A DNA stretch of 64,000 bases from Candidatus Micrarchaeota archaeon (GTDB taxonomy: Archaea > Micrarchaeota > Micrarchaeia > Anstonellales > J096): NCBI GenBank assembly GCA_015522475.1, contig WAMF01000001.1, forward strand, positions 36,054 through 100,053, given 5' to 3'. The notes under the pieces are model-generated. The model had not been told where the DNA came from. It saw only the letters and a list, made by a program, of their open reading frames with translations, and made no database searches. Positions 28,928 through 38,228 of the stretch are shown piece by piece (position 1 is the stretch's first letter; every line of letters starts with the position of its first letter). The translations under genes were made by a program, and so were the position numbers.

Positions 28928-29860
28928 ATGCTTGAATTATTCTTTCAAACACGGGCAGAGAATCCCAATGTCGTATGGCTGAGTGGCGCCGATATAGAGG
29001 GGATCGTACTCGTCAAAGAAGGAAAGCACTTCTACTTCTTAGCTGACAGGCTTACAGCCGGCTTCCTAGAAAGCAGAGGGCTCAAAGTAGAAGAGTTAAG
29101 CTTAAAGAGATTGGAAAGGTTCGTGAAGAGGGAGGATGTGGGCTTAGATATAGAACACGCATCCACAAAGGCTGCTGAATTTGTAAAAAAGCACGCAAAG
29201 CATGTCGTGAGCATAAGCGAGGTCTATGCCAAAAGGCGCGCCAAAAAACGACGCGAAGAGGTTAAGCGCATACAGAGGGCTGTTAGAATAGCTGAAGAGG
29301 CCTTGATAGAGGCTAAGGGCGAGACAGAAGAGGATTTTGCATTTTCTCTTCTCGAGGGGTTCGCTAAGAGAAAAGCTAGAGAGTCCTTCAAGCCCATAGT
29401 AGCAAGCAAAAAGAACAGCCGCTTTCCCCATTCAAGCCCGACAAGCGAGGAAATAGATGGTTTGTTACTCGTTGACAGAGGAGCAAGGTTTGAGCATTAC
29501 TGCTCTGATTTGACAGATGTGCTCTTCCTAAAAAAGAACAAACACGCAGAAGAGCTCTATGAAAAGCTGCAAGAAGCATTCTATGCCATCGTGGATGAGC
29601 TGCCAAGCTTGGAAACGGGCGAAGATGTGCATAAACACTATTTGCGTGTGTTTAAGCGGCTGAAGCTCAGGCCCATGCCCCATCTTATAGGCCATGGCGT
29701 AGGCATAGAAGTGCACGAGTTGCCAAGGTTAGCCCCTAAAAGCATGGACAAAATAGAAGGCACAACACTGGCCATAGAACCCGCTTATTATGGAAGGAGC
29801 TTTGGCCTGCGCTTTGAAAGAAATGTGTATGTAGGCGAGAGAAGAGCGCGCATTTTATAA
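28928..29860 (+). CDS. M24 Xaa-Pro aminopeptidase
   Basis: PH, D.GA..YCSDLT, HLIGHGVGIEVHE, IEP and GLRFE motifs. Confidence 0.9.
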   Translation: MLELFFQTRAENPNVVWLSGADIEGIVLVKEGKHFYFLADRLTAGFLESRGLKVEELSLKRLERFVKREDVGLDIEHASTKAAEFVKKHAKHVVSISEVYAKRRAKKRREEVKRIQRAVRIAEEALIEAKGETEEDFAFSLLEGFAKRKARESFKPIVASKKNSRFPHSSPTSEEIDGLLLVDRGARFEHYCSDLTDVLFLKKNKHAEELYEKLQEAFYAIVDELPSLETGEDVHKHYLRVFKRLKLRPMPHLIGHGVGIEVHELPRLAPKSMDKIEGTTLAIEPAYYGRSFGLRFERNVYVGERRARIL

Positions 29861-30137
29861 CTTGGAAGTAATTTGTTGAAAGTAATTTGAACTCTGTTAG
29901 ATTTCGAGCTCTAATGACTTTTTAACCAATTTATTTATTGTCGGCTAAAAAGCATTAAAAAGACTTTTAGCCAAGAGTTTGTTGTGATGAGACACAGGTT
30001 TGCTGACGCCTCGCATATGCACGGGCAATGATGAATATCTGGAGCTCTGAAAGCTCAGATTTGATTCTGTTGAAGATGGATTAAATATTGAGGATGGTGA
30101 AGATGGACTTGAAGTAATTTACTCGAAGTAACTTGAA
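29860..30137. repeat. imperfect ~31-nt direct repeats (29860..29891 and 30107..30137) flanking the C/D RNA
   Basis: ACTTGGAAGTAATTTGTTGAAAGTAATTTGAA versus ACTTGAAGTAATTTACTCGAAGTAACTTGAA, 26/32 identical by manual alignment. Confidence 0.6.
29984..30050 (+). ncRNA. box C/D methylation guide sRNA
   Basis: C box GTGATGA at 29984, 12-nt guide, D' CTGA at 30003, C' ATGATGA at 30028, 12-nt guide, D CTGA at 30047. TATA-like TTAAAAA at 29955-29961. Confidence 0.85.
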
Positions 30138-30152
30138 AGGCATGGTGAAAAG

Positions 30153-30695
30153 ATGAAGAAGATCACACTTTTAACAGGCCGGCGAGGTTCGGGAAAAACC
30201 ATATTTTTAGACATTGCCAAAAACCTAGGGTTTGGAACGTTAGAGCTGTCAACAGTCGTGTTCGAGCTCATGAAAAAAGCAAACATAGAAGCAACAAGCG
30301 AAAATACAGGTAAGTTTGCTGAGGAGCTGCGTAAAAAAGAAGGGCGCGACGCCGTGGCAAAAAGGGTCCTTCCATACATGGAAGGTCTTGGCAAAGACAT
30401 TGTTGTTTGTTCTGGCGTGAGAAGCCCAGAGGAGCTCATATTCTTTAGAAGCAAATACCCGACCATATTGATAGAAATAAGAAGTGACGAGAGGATCCGC
30501 TTTGAAAGAATTTTAAAACGCTCTCGTCCCTCTGACCCCAAAACATGGGAGGCCTTTTTAGCAAGAGAAGCGTCTGAAAAAAGGCTGGGTGTAGAAGACG
30601 TAATAAAAATGGCAGACATTGTAATAGAAAATAACGAAACCATAGAGGCCTTTGAAGAGAAAGTTGAGCGCTTCTTAAGGTTTATAAGGACATAA
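30153..30695 (+). CDS. P-loop nucleotide kinase (COG0237/UPF0200, dephospho-CoA kinase-like)
   Basis: LTGRRGSGKT, GVRSPEE, RFERILKR.R.SD and ADIVIEN motifs. Confidence 0.85.
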   Translation: MKKITLLTGRRGSGKTIFLDIAKNLGFGTLELSTVVFELMKKANIEATSENTGKFAEELRKKEGRDAVAKRVLPYMEGLGKDIVVCSGVRSPEELIFFRSKYPTILIEIRSDERIRFERILKRSRPSDPKTWEAFLAREASEKRLGVEDVIKMADIVIENNETIEAFEEKVERFLRFIRT

Positions 30696-30742
30696 AAAGA
30701 GTATAAAAGCCCTTCAGCGGTGTCTTTAATTTAACCCTGTAG

Positions 30743-31843
30743 TTATCTATAGTTATTTTTGGCATGTTTTCGCGAGACAAGCAAAAATAGGAGAACAGAA
30801 CTCAGGCCTATGGATGCAATGGGTATATAAAAGGCTGCGTTGCCAAACATCTGAATGGCCCAGCCTAGAACTACATTGCCCGTTAAAGCGCCCAAACCCA
30901 TAGCTCCTTCCAACCAACCAAAAGCCCTCGCAGACGTGCCTACTATATCGCCGACAAGAGCCTTAAGGTTTGACTTGAATGACGCGTAGCCCAAAGCTAG
31001 AAAGACGAAGGCGTAGAGCAAAGCGGCATGCATAAAAAGCAGGGAAGCAAAAGCAAAGAAAAGCAAGGCCAGAGCCAAAACCTTCTCTTTTCCTATCTTA
31101 TCTGCTAGAATACCTGCTGGATAAACGGTCAAAACATATATGACGTTGTAAGCCACAAAAAGGAGCGCTCCCTCGACGGCAGTTTTAGCCAAGGAAATTG
31201 CAATTATAACGCCAAAGGCGCTGAAGTACATGAAGAACATAAAGGCCGTGGTAAGCCATTCCACGTCGACTGCTATGCACTTTGCCCTCTTCTCTGCAGA
31301 TGGGATAAGGTATATGGGAAGAGCTGCAGTAAGGCCCAAAAGACCCGCAAGTAGAGCTATAGTATTGAGAGGAAGATGTATAGCTAAGAGGTAAGCAGCT
31401 AACGCAGAACCTAAAAGAGCCCCGCCGGAATCCAAAACCTGTCTAATGGCAAAGCCCTCTCCTTTCCTCTTGGGCATCAAACCCGCAATCCACGTATCTC
31501 TCGAAGGGCCTCGGATACCCTTACCTATTCTATCAATGCTGACAGCTGTGAAAAGCCATGCTAGCGAAGAAGAAAAAGCGACACTCAGCTTGCCCAAACC
31601 CGAAAGCACATAGCTAAGGAGCGTCGTCCGTTTAGAACCAAGGCGCTCGCCCACATATCCACCAAAAAAGTTAACAAGAGGTGGAAGCGCTTCTTTTATA
31701 GCACTGATGACACCAACGAGAAATTCGCCCCCACCCAACATAAACACAAAGGCTGGAAGTAAGGGTGTCAACAGCTCTGTTCCAGCATCGTTGAAGAAGC
31801 TAGCAAGGCCCATCAGAGCGACATGCTTTTTTGCCTTCTCCAT
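30743..31843 (-). CDS. MFS transporter
   Basis: About 12 TM helices; DRIGKGIRGPSRD and GILADKIGK motifs. Confidence 0.9.
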   Translation of the reverse strand: MEKAKKHVALMGLASFFNDAGTELLTPLLPAFVFMLGGGEFLVGVISAIKEALPPLVNFFGGYVGERLGSKRTTLLSYVLSGLGKLSVAFSSSLAWLFTAVSIDRIGKGIRGPSRDTWIAGLMPKRKGEGFAIRQVLDSGGALLGSALAAYLLAIHLPLNTIALLAGLLGLTAALPIYLIPSAEKRAKCIAVDVEWLTTAFMFFMYFSAFGVIIAISLAKTAVEGALLFVAYNVIYVLTVYPAGILADKIGKEKVLALALLFFAFASLLFMHAALLYAFVFLALGYASFKSNLKALVGDIVGTSARAFGWLEGAMGLGALTGNVVLGWAIQMFGNAAFYIPIASIGLSSVLLFLLVSRKHAKNNYR

Positions 31844-31964
31844 ATTATCACAACCAACCTCTACTCATCTTGTGATTGTGCTTGATCGTATGTTGTGCTT
31901 GTAATTGCAATTTAACGATTAACAGATGAATCCTTTGAATTCTTAAAGTGTCCCTTAAAACTCT

Positions 31965-33227
31965 TTATAATGGTAACCATTCTATCTCATAGTAAAGCGT
32001 CGAGCTACTTTCTAAGATGATTCTACGAGCTATGTAGAAAGTTATGGCCGTTTCTCTATCTACAATAGCTAGCATGACATTCAATCCCTTGGCTAAAGCC
32101 CACTTAAACAAGCCATGAAGAAGCCTACCCGTTATTCCGTCTGACTGCCTAAGCACTTTAACAGCAAAACGCTCAATTTTGGGGTTGTGTTGTTGAACAA
32201 GCTGCTTGCTGAGCTTATCTTTGCTCTCTTGGCTGTTGCCTTTCCCTTTGCCCGCAATGCTTACAACAAAATCTGGTTTGACAGCTCTAGCCTCAAAGAG
32301 AGGAAGTGCTAATATGTATGTTTTTCTAACACTGTGACAAACCCGTATAGAACGACTCCAATCCTCTACGCGCGTCCGGAATGAGGCAGGAAAGACATGA
32401 AGTATGTGCTTCGAATGGATACGCTGGCCGGGCTTTGTTGATGCAGGATAGATTCTAAAATCACCACCAAACTTAAACCCGCTTTTGAGAACGAAGCCCG
32501 CATCCCGCCATTCTTTGTATACAGAGTAAAGTGCTTTCTCGTATGCAGAAAGTGCAAGTGCTGCTTCTTTTTTCTTCTTGCCTTTGTTCTTACCATGCTT
32601 GCCATCAAAGGATAAAATGCCTTTCTCAGCAAGGTACTGTGCCTCATACTTGTCAATAAAAAACATCCGACCCTTGTTCTGTTTATATATGCCTTTTTGG
32701 CCGAACCAATACTCTGTGTAAAGAGATGATGAACCATCTATCTGATAGAGAAAACCGTCAAAGCCTTGAATGTGTGCCTTCTCCTCTTTTAGTCCTCTCA
32801 CGTTCCATCGCGCTTTCTTGTATTCCTTCACGGGCTTAGCTTTTCCCTCAGCTTCATCCACGCTGCCAACAAACGTAAAGCCCCTTTCATGCAAGTAGCG
32901 CCATGTGATGTATTTAGCGTAGTCCACATGCGACGAGAGAAAAAGTTTTGACGCACTTTCATTTGCGAGCTCAACGCCAAGTATATCATAGAGATAAATA
33001 GCTGCATAAGGAGAAAGTTTTGCTCGCTGAGCTTTTCTCTTGGCTTTCTCTACAGACTCGTTGTTTCTGTCCTTGAGTTTAAGAGAGCTGGCAAGACCGC
33101 GTGCTATAAGCCTCGATACCTCCGCTTCCTCTCCTTCATAGAACCACTCCACTTTCTCCCTAGCTTTCGCGTTCTTTGCTGTTGCAGCTTTGCTCAGCTC
33201 ACCAACAATTTTACCCTTTAACCTCAT
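31965..33227 (-). CDS. endA: tRNA-intron endonuclease, three-unit epsilon2 (ARMAN) type
   Basis: Single catalytic unit (KSGFKFGGDFRIY, HS, R..HSVRK) flanked by non-catalytic units; GIYK loop; 420 aa. Confidence 0.88.
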   Translation of the reverse strand: MRLKGKIVGELSKAATAKNAKAREKVEWFYEGEEAEVSRLIARGLASSLKLKDRNNESVEKAKRKAQRAKLSPYAAIYLYDILGVELANESASKLFLSSHVDYAKYITWRYLHERGFTFVGSVDEAEGKAKPVKEYKKARWNVRGLKEEKAHIQGFDGFLYQIDGSSSLYTEYWFGQKGIYKQNKGRMFFIDKYEAQYLAEKGILSFDGKHGKNKGKKKKEAALALSAYEKALYSVYKEWRDAGFVLKSGFKFGGDFRIYPASTKPGQRIHSKHILHVFPASFRTRVEDWSRSIRVCHSVRKTYILALPLFEARAVKPDFVVSIAGKGKGNSQESKDKLSKQLVQQHNPKIERFAVKVLRQSDGITGRLLHGLFKWALAKGLNVMLAIVDRETAITFYIARRIILESSSTLYYEIEWLPL

Positions 33228-33856
33228 GCAAGACCCTCTTTTCCTTCCTTCTGGCCATTGCCCATTTGGGCGCTCTTCTGGCCGAATACAAGATAGGCTG
33301 TATGGAAAAGCTGCATGTTCTTGGGGCGTGTGGCTCCCTCTTTAATCCTGTATTCTATGAGAGGCAAGGAAATGACAAACACGTGGTTAAAGAGAATGGT
33401 CATAGCCTCATAGAGGCGCTTAACCTGCTCTATGTTTGGTAAATAGGCTACGAAATAGCCCCCTGAGTTCAACCGCTCATAGGCGCGTTCGACGAGTTCC
33501 TCGGGCGCTGGAATATCCACGACGATTGCATCCAAGGAGTCTTCGTCGAAGTCCCGACCATCCCCATTCTTTATAACGACGTTGTCTAGTTTTGCCTTCT
33601 TTATGTTTGCCGAGAGAATTTTATAGGCATCTGCCCTAATTTCGTACGCATAAACCTCCTTAGCAACTCTTGCCAAATGATAAGTAAGAAAGCCGTTGCC
33701 TGCGCCTATTTCGACCACGCGCGACGTCTTGCCGATGTTTGCATAGGCAATGATAGCGCCTGCATCCTTTGGTAGAACAACAGCCATGCGTCGTTTGAAT
33801 GAGGCCAATGGCTTAGGCATGTGAAACACTTCTACAGCTTTCTTCTCACCTTTCAT
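33224..33856 (-). CDS. trmI: tRNA (adenine-N1)-methyltransferase, lacking the N-terminal beta domain
   Basis: VVLPKD, EIGAGNG, YEIR, DIPAPE, YLPNIEQV, TRP and HTAYL motifs. Confidence 0.85.
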   Translation of the reverse strand: MKGEKKAVEVFHMPKPLASFKRRMAVVLPKDAGAIIAYANIGKTSRVVEIGAGNGFLTYHLARVAKEVYAYEIRADAYKILSANIKKAKLDNVVIKNGDGRDFDEDSLDAIVVDIPAPEELVERAYERLNSGGYFVAYLPNIEQVKRLYEAMTILFNHVFVISLPLIEYRIKEGATRPKNMQLFHTAYLVFGQKSAQMGNGQKEGKEGLA

Positions 33857-33967
33857 AAAACCACTCCGTCTTTTCCTTTTAGCCCCTCTCCACTCTTTCC
33901 TCTACTCTTTCCTCCACTTTTTCAAACCATCCCTACATCCATTGCTTTGCTGCCCTCTCCTTACCTG

Positions 33968-36640
33968 CTATTTCCTCTCGCCGTACTCTTGCATAAAGCG
34001 GTGGTAAACCTCTAAAAGATCGGGCGTTATAGATGAGCGCCTCCCCGCTAGTATCTCGTCGATCTCTGCTTGGTTGAGCTTAACAGGCTTGCCCTCCATA
34101 GCCTTGTTCATAAGCTTGAGCTTCAGCTCTTCGCATATGCCCGTTATATCTGCCCCGCTGAATCCATCTGTCTTCTCAGCCAAATAGTCTAAATCAAAGA
34201 GAGAAGCGAACTTGCCCAAGTGTATTTTGAATATGGCTTTCCTAACATCTTCGTCGGGCGGTGGCACATATATGATTTTATCAAAACGGCCCGGCCTGAG
34301 TAAAGCGGGGTCTAAAAGTTGTGGTAAGTTCGTAGCGCCTATAACGACGACGTCTTTAAGGCTTTTAACGCCGTCCATTTCCTGCAGGAGCTGTCCCATA
34401 AGAGGATTGCTTGTGCCTTCTCTAGCGGGCGCTACTGTCTCGATCTCGTCTATAAATATGATGGCTGGTGAATTGTCCTTAGCTCTATTAAACGCTTTTT
34501 TCAATATCTCGGGAGCCCTTACGTAGCCCTCCTTCAAAAGGTCAGCGCCGCTCAAGAAGATCATGGGAATACCAAACTCGCCGGCTGCAGCTTTAGCCAC
34601 GTAAGTCTTACCCGTGCCCGGCGGCCCAAACAGCAAGACGCCGTTCGGCGGCTTTATATGGAACTTCTTCAAGAGCTCTTTATGCTTCATGGGCAGCTCT
34701 ATAGCCTCTTTCAGCGCTTTCTTCACGTCTTCCAAATCGGCTACATCTTTGAACGTAATGACTTGTTCCTCCTCTGGCTTTCTCTCCACCTTTATGGAGC
34801 GGCGCTCGAATTCCATTTTGAATTTCTCATAATCCTCAAGTTGTGACTCCGACGTCGAGGGCTTTGTATTCTTTATAACTTCTACAACATCCTCCATAGT
34901 CACAGGTTCGATCGTCCCTTTAAGCAGAGCATTTTCGGCGGCCTTTCTTTTGGCTTCTGTCACGACGTTGGCTATATCTGCTGGTGAGAAGCGCTCCGTC
35001 ATTTCAGCCAGCTTTTTATAGTCGATGTCTTTGGCTGTAGGCAGCTTTTTCAAGTAGTAGCGGAAGATAAGTTCTCTGCCTTTCTCGTCCGGTAGGCCCA
35101 TGTATATGATTTTATCAATACGGCCCGGCCTAAGAAGCGCCTTGTCTATGAGCTCAGGCACGTTTGTGGCAGCTACGAATATGATAGGCTTTTTACTCAC
35201 AACACCGTCAAGTTCTTGTAGAAGCGTATTCAAAACACGAGGCGTAATCTCATCTAAGCCCCCGCTTTGTCTTGTCTTGGCTATGGCATCAATCTCGTCG
35301 AAAAAGAGGATAATGGGGGCCTTTTTGCGGGCTAAATCAAAAATCTTTGACACGTTCTTTTCGCTTTCGCCGTAGTAGGGGCTCAAAAGGTCTGAGGTGC
35401 GTATATAGAGAAAGGGATAGCGGAGCTCCTTGGCTAAAGCCCTCATAAGATACGTCTTACCCGTGCCCGGCGGCCCGAAGAGGAGAATGCCTTTTGGCGG
35501 CTTAAGACCGTATTCGTAGGCTATCTCCGGCTTCTCTATGGGCGTCTTAATGGCCATGATAAGCTCCTTTTTTACGTCTTCATAGTCAGCAACATCTTCT
35601 AAGCCGCGCACATTGCTCTCGACAGATAAATCTTCAGCGCCAAAGATACCAAAGTCCTTAAGCTCGCGCTTGTGCCTCTCTTCCATCTCCCTACTGAAGC
35701 GAACGCCCTGCCGGTTCATAAGATAAAAAATGCCTATATCAACGAGTGTATAAACGGCCATCCCTATAGGAAAGGGCAGACCCATCATAGCATACATGCC
35801 ATAGTAAAAGAGCGGCACAGTAAGAAGGGCCAAAGATGCCTCAAGCTCGCCCCTAGCTCCTTTAACCATGCCTGTATAAAAAGCAGCGAAGTAGAGGAGA
35901 GCGGTCCAAAAGATAGCTTGTATAAGACCGCCGTCTTCGAGCAGATTGACAACTATGTTATTAACAACCATGCCAGCAACAGACGAGAATTCCATAAGGT
36001 TGTTTACGTCGAACATATTGTTCAAAGCTTGCGGGATAGCCCTGTTGAAAAAGCCAGCTAATGAAGGAACATCTGGTCTAAGGAGAGACTCATGAAACGT
36101 ATAAAGATCAAGGCGCAGAGGAAAATAAGCTGAATTGGGGACCTGCCACATCGTTGACAGTAAGAGCACAATAAGAACAGAAGGCACAGCTAGAGAAGCA
36201 CTTTTAAACGAGCCCAAATAAAGGGCTGAAATGAACATGACAAGATAGACTAAGCCTCCCAAATAATAAAAGACGGAGACGCCAAAAGGTAAAAATATAA
36301 TGATGTGAAGAAGGGCAATCTCGAGCCAATTATCCCAGACCTTAAACATGATTATAGAGAGTGCTAGCAAGTAAATGTAACCAAATACTGTGCTCTGATA
36401 CATAGCAGGCAATAAATTCATCCAAGCCAGAAGGAGAACACCAAATTCTGGCTTTTTTGCATAGGCAAGCCAAGCGGGCAAGAGAGCGGCGAAAGGCACG
36501 ACGACGAGAGGAAAAAAAGGCATAGCTGCAAAGGAGGCAAGCGCAGCTAGGTAAACGAAGAGTGCATGCATGAACTTCTCGTTAGAAGTGAGCACATAAG
36601 CATAGGCTTTAAGCTTAACAGAGTCAATATGCATACCCAT
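33968..36640 (-). CDS. polytopic membrane-anchored tandem AAA+ ATPase (Cdc48/VAT-like D1-D2)
   Basis: About 310-aa hydrophobic N-terminus, then two modules with GPPGTGKT, DEI and LLRPGR. Confidence 0.88.
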   Translation of the reverse strand: MGMHIDSVKLKAYAYVLTSNEKFMHALFVYLAALASFAAMPFFPLVVVPFAALLPAWLAYAKKPEFGVLLLAWMNLLPAMYQSTVFGYIYLLALSIIMFKVWDNWLEIALLHIIIFLPFGVSVFYYLGGLVYLVMFISALYLGSFKSASLAVPSVLIVLLLSTMWQVPNSAYFPLRLDLYTFHESLLRPDVPSLAGFFNRAIPQALNNMFDVNNLMEFSSVAGMVVNNIVVNLLEDGGLIQAIFWTALLYFAAFYTGMVKGARGELEASLALLTVPLFYYGMYAMMGLPFPIGMAVYTLVDIGIFYLMNRQGVRFSREMEERHKRELKDFGIFGAEDLSVESNVRGLEDVADYEDVKKELIMAIKTPIEKPEIAYEYGLKPPKGILLFGPPGTGKTYLMRALAKELRYPFLYIRTSDLLSPYYGESEKNVSKIFDLARKKAPIILFFDEIDAIAKTRQSGGLDEITPRVLNTLLQELDGVVSKKPIIFVAATNVPELIDKALLRPGRIDKIIYMGLPDEKGRELIFRYYLKKLPTAKDIDYKKLAEMTERFSPADIANVVTEAKRKAAENALLKGTIEPVTMEDVVEVIKNTKPSTSESQLEDYEKFKMEFERRSIKVERKPEEEQVITFKDVADLEDVKKALKEAIELPMKHKELLKKFHIKPPNGVLLFGPPGTGKTYVAKAAAGEFGIPMIFLSGADLLKEGYVRAPEILKKAFNRAKDNSPAIIFIDEIETVAPAREGTSNPLMGQLLQEMDGVKSLKDVVVIGATNLPQLLDPALLRPGRFDKIIYVPPPDEDVRKAIFKIHLGKFASLFDLDYLAEKTDGFSGADITGICEELKLKLMNKAMEGKPVKLNQAEIDEILAGRRSSITPDLLEVYHRFMQEYGERK

Positions 36641-36697
36641 TGCCCATGTGTTAACGGGAAAGCTTTAAAACTCTATAGCTGTAAAAGGCCTAAGCTT

Positions 36698-37999
36698 ATG
36701 AAGAGGCTACTTTTAAATTTGGACAAGATTGAAAAGGAGAGCAAAGCTAAGGCCGAACCGCCTTGGCTCATGAAAAAACGCCTGGAAGCAGCTGAGCGCT
36801 TCAACGAGGCAGAGCTAGACAATAAATTTTTTGCCCTTGGCATACATAAAGCGAGGCTGCAGGAAAAGGAAAAAAAGGCTGTAACTCCAGAAAAGCTGCC
36901 CAAAGATGTGGAAGAAACACTTAAAGCCTTAAACATAGGTGAGGAGGAGTGGAAAGTTTTAGCAGGCCTTAATACACAAGTAGACAACACTTCCATATAC
37001 AATCAGTTGAAGGCGGTCATAGAAGAGAAAGGTGTCATATTCACAAGCATGGAAGAAGCTGTAAGAAAGCACGAACACTTGATTAGGCCATATCTTTACC
37101 GTCTGACATTTGCTGAGACACCTTACGCAGCCCTAAACAGCGCGTTGTGGAAGGGGGGCATCTTTGTATACATACCAAAGGATCTGAAATTGCCGTACAC
37201 TCTTCAAGCCTTCTTCGTCATAAGCAGCGCTTACACTAGTCAAACAGAGCGCACGCTCATCATAGTTGACGAGGACGCGGCTGCCACATACATAGAGGGA
37301 TGTGCCGCCCCTGTATACAGAAACTTTGCCTTCCATCTACCAGCAAGCGAAGTGTTCATCAACAAAGGAGCAGAGCTCACATACATAACGCTGCAAAATT
37401 GGAGTAAAAACATACGCAACGTCGTCACAGGCAAAGCCCTAGTTAAAGACAATGCCACCATACATTGGATGGACGCCAACGTAGGTAGCGAGATAACAAA
37501 AAAAGCTCCTCTAACTATATTGAAAGGCGACGGGGCTAAGATGACCAGCTACTCCCTGGCCTTTGCGTCCAAAGAGCAGCGCATAAGCCTAGGCACACGC
37601 GTAGTGGTTAAAGGCAAAGAGGCGAGCGCCCACATAAAAAGTAAATCTATTTTAGACGGCGGCGTAGCCAATTTCGACACAGACATAACAGTAGAAAAAA
37701 ACGCCGCTCTCTCAACTGTGTTTAGCGAGTGTGACACGCACATATTAAGCGACGGCAGCTCAGAGAGCACGCCCAATATAGAAAACCTCTGCTCTTCTGC
37801 CCGTGTAAGCCACGAGGCAAGTGTAGGTCGATTCGACGAGGAAAAAGTTGCATATCTCCGCATGCGCGGTTTTGAAGAGGAAAGGGCAAAAGAACTCATG
37901 GTTATAGGCAGTGTCCAAGACTTCCTCAAAAAAATTCCCTTTGAGTATGCTGTGGAATTTAGGAAAATGTTGGAGTTAAAAGTGAAAGGCATAGGGTAG
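36698..37999 (+). CDS. sufB: Fe-S cluster assembly protein SufB family
   Basis: QTERTLII, YIEGCAAP, TLQNWSKN, HEASVG, YLRMRG and PFEYAVE motifs. Confidence 0.9.
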   Translation: MKRLLLNLDKIEKESKAKAEPPWLMKKRLEAAERFNEAELDNKFFALGIHKARLQEKEKKAVTPEKLPKDVEETLKALNIGEEEWKVLAGLNTQVDNTSIYNQLKAVIEEKGVIFTSMEEAVRKHEHLIRPYLYRLTFAETPYAALNSALWKGGIFVYIPKDLKLPYTLQAFFVISSAYTSQTERTLIIVDEDAAATYIEGCAAPVYRNFAFHLPASEVFINKGAELTYITLQNWSKNIRNVVTGKALVKDNATIHWMDANVGSEITKKAPLTILKGDGAKMTSYSLAFASKEQRISLGTRVVVKGKEASAHIKSKSILDGGVANFDTDITVEKNAALSTVFSECDTHILSDGSSESTPNIENLCSSARVSHEASVGRFDEEKVAYLRMRGFEEERAKELMVIGSVQDFLKKIPFEYAVEFRKMLELKVKGIG

Positions 38000-38228
38000 T
38001 GAAAAGACAAAGAGAAGGAGGAATTCTATTAAGCTCTATTAGGCCCATCTAAGCACGTTGACATCTAGCTCTAGCTTAACCTCAGATGCTAAAATAATGA
38101 GGCCGACCAGAAATTACTCAAAAAAGATAACAAATGAAAAAATATGAGGCTAACAGTAGGTCTAGGTCTTAATCACGCAAGCCCCTTTTTATCCCCTTTT
38201 TTCTTTTCATTCCCTTTATTCGGCCCAT

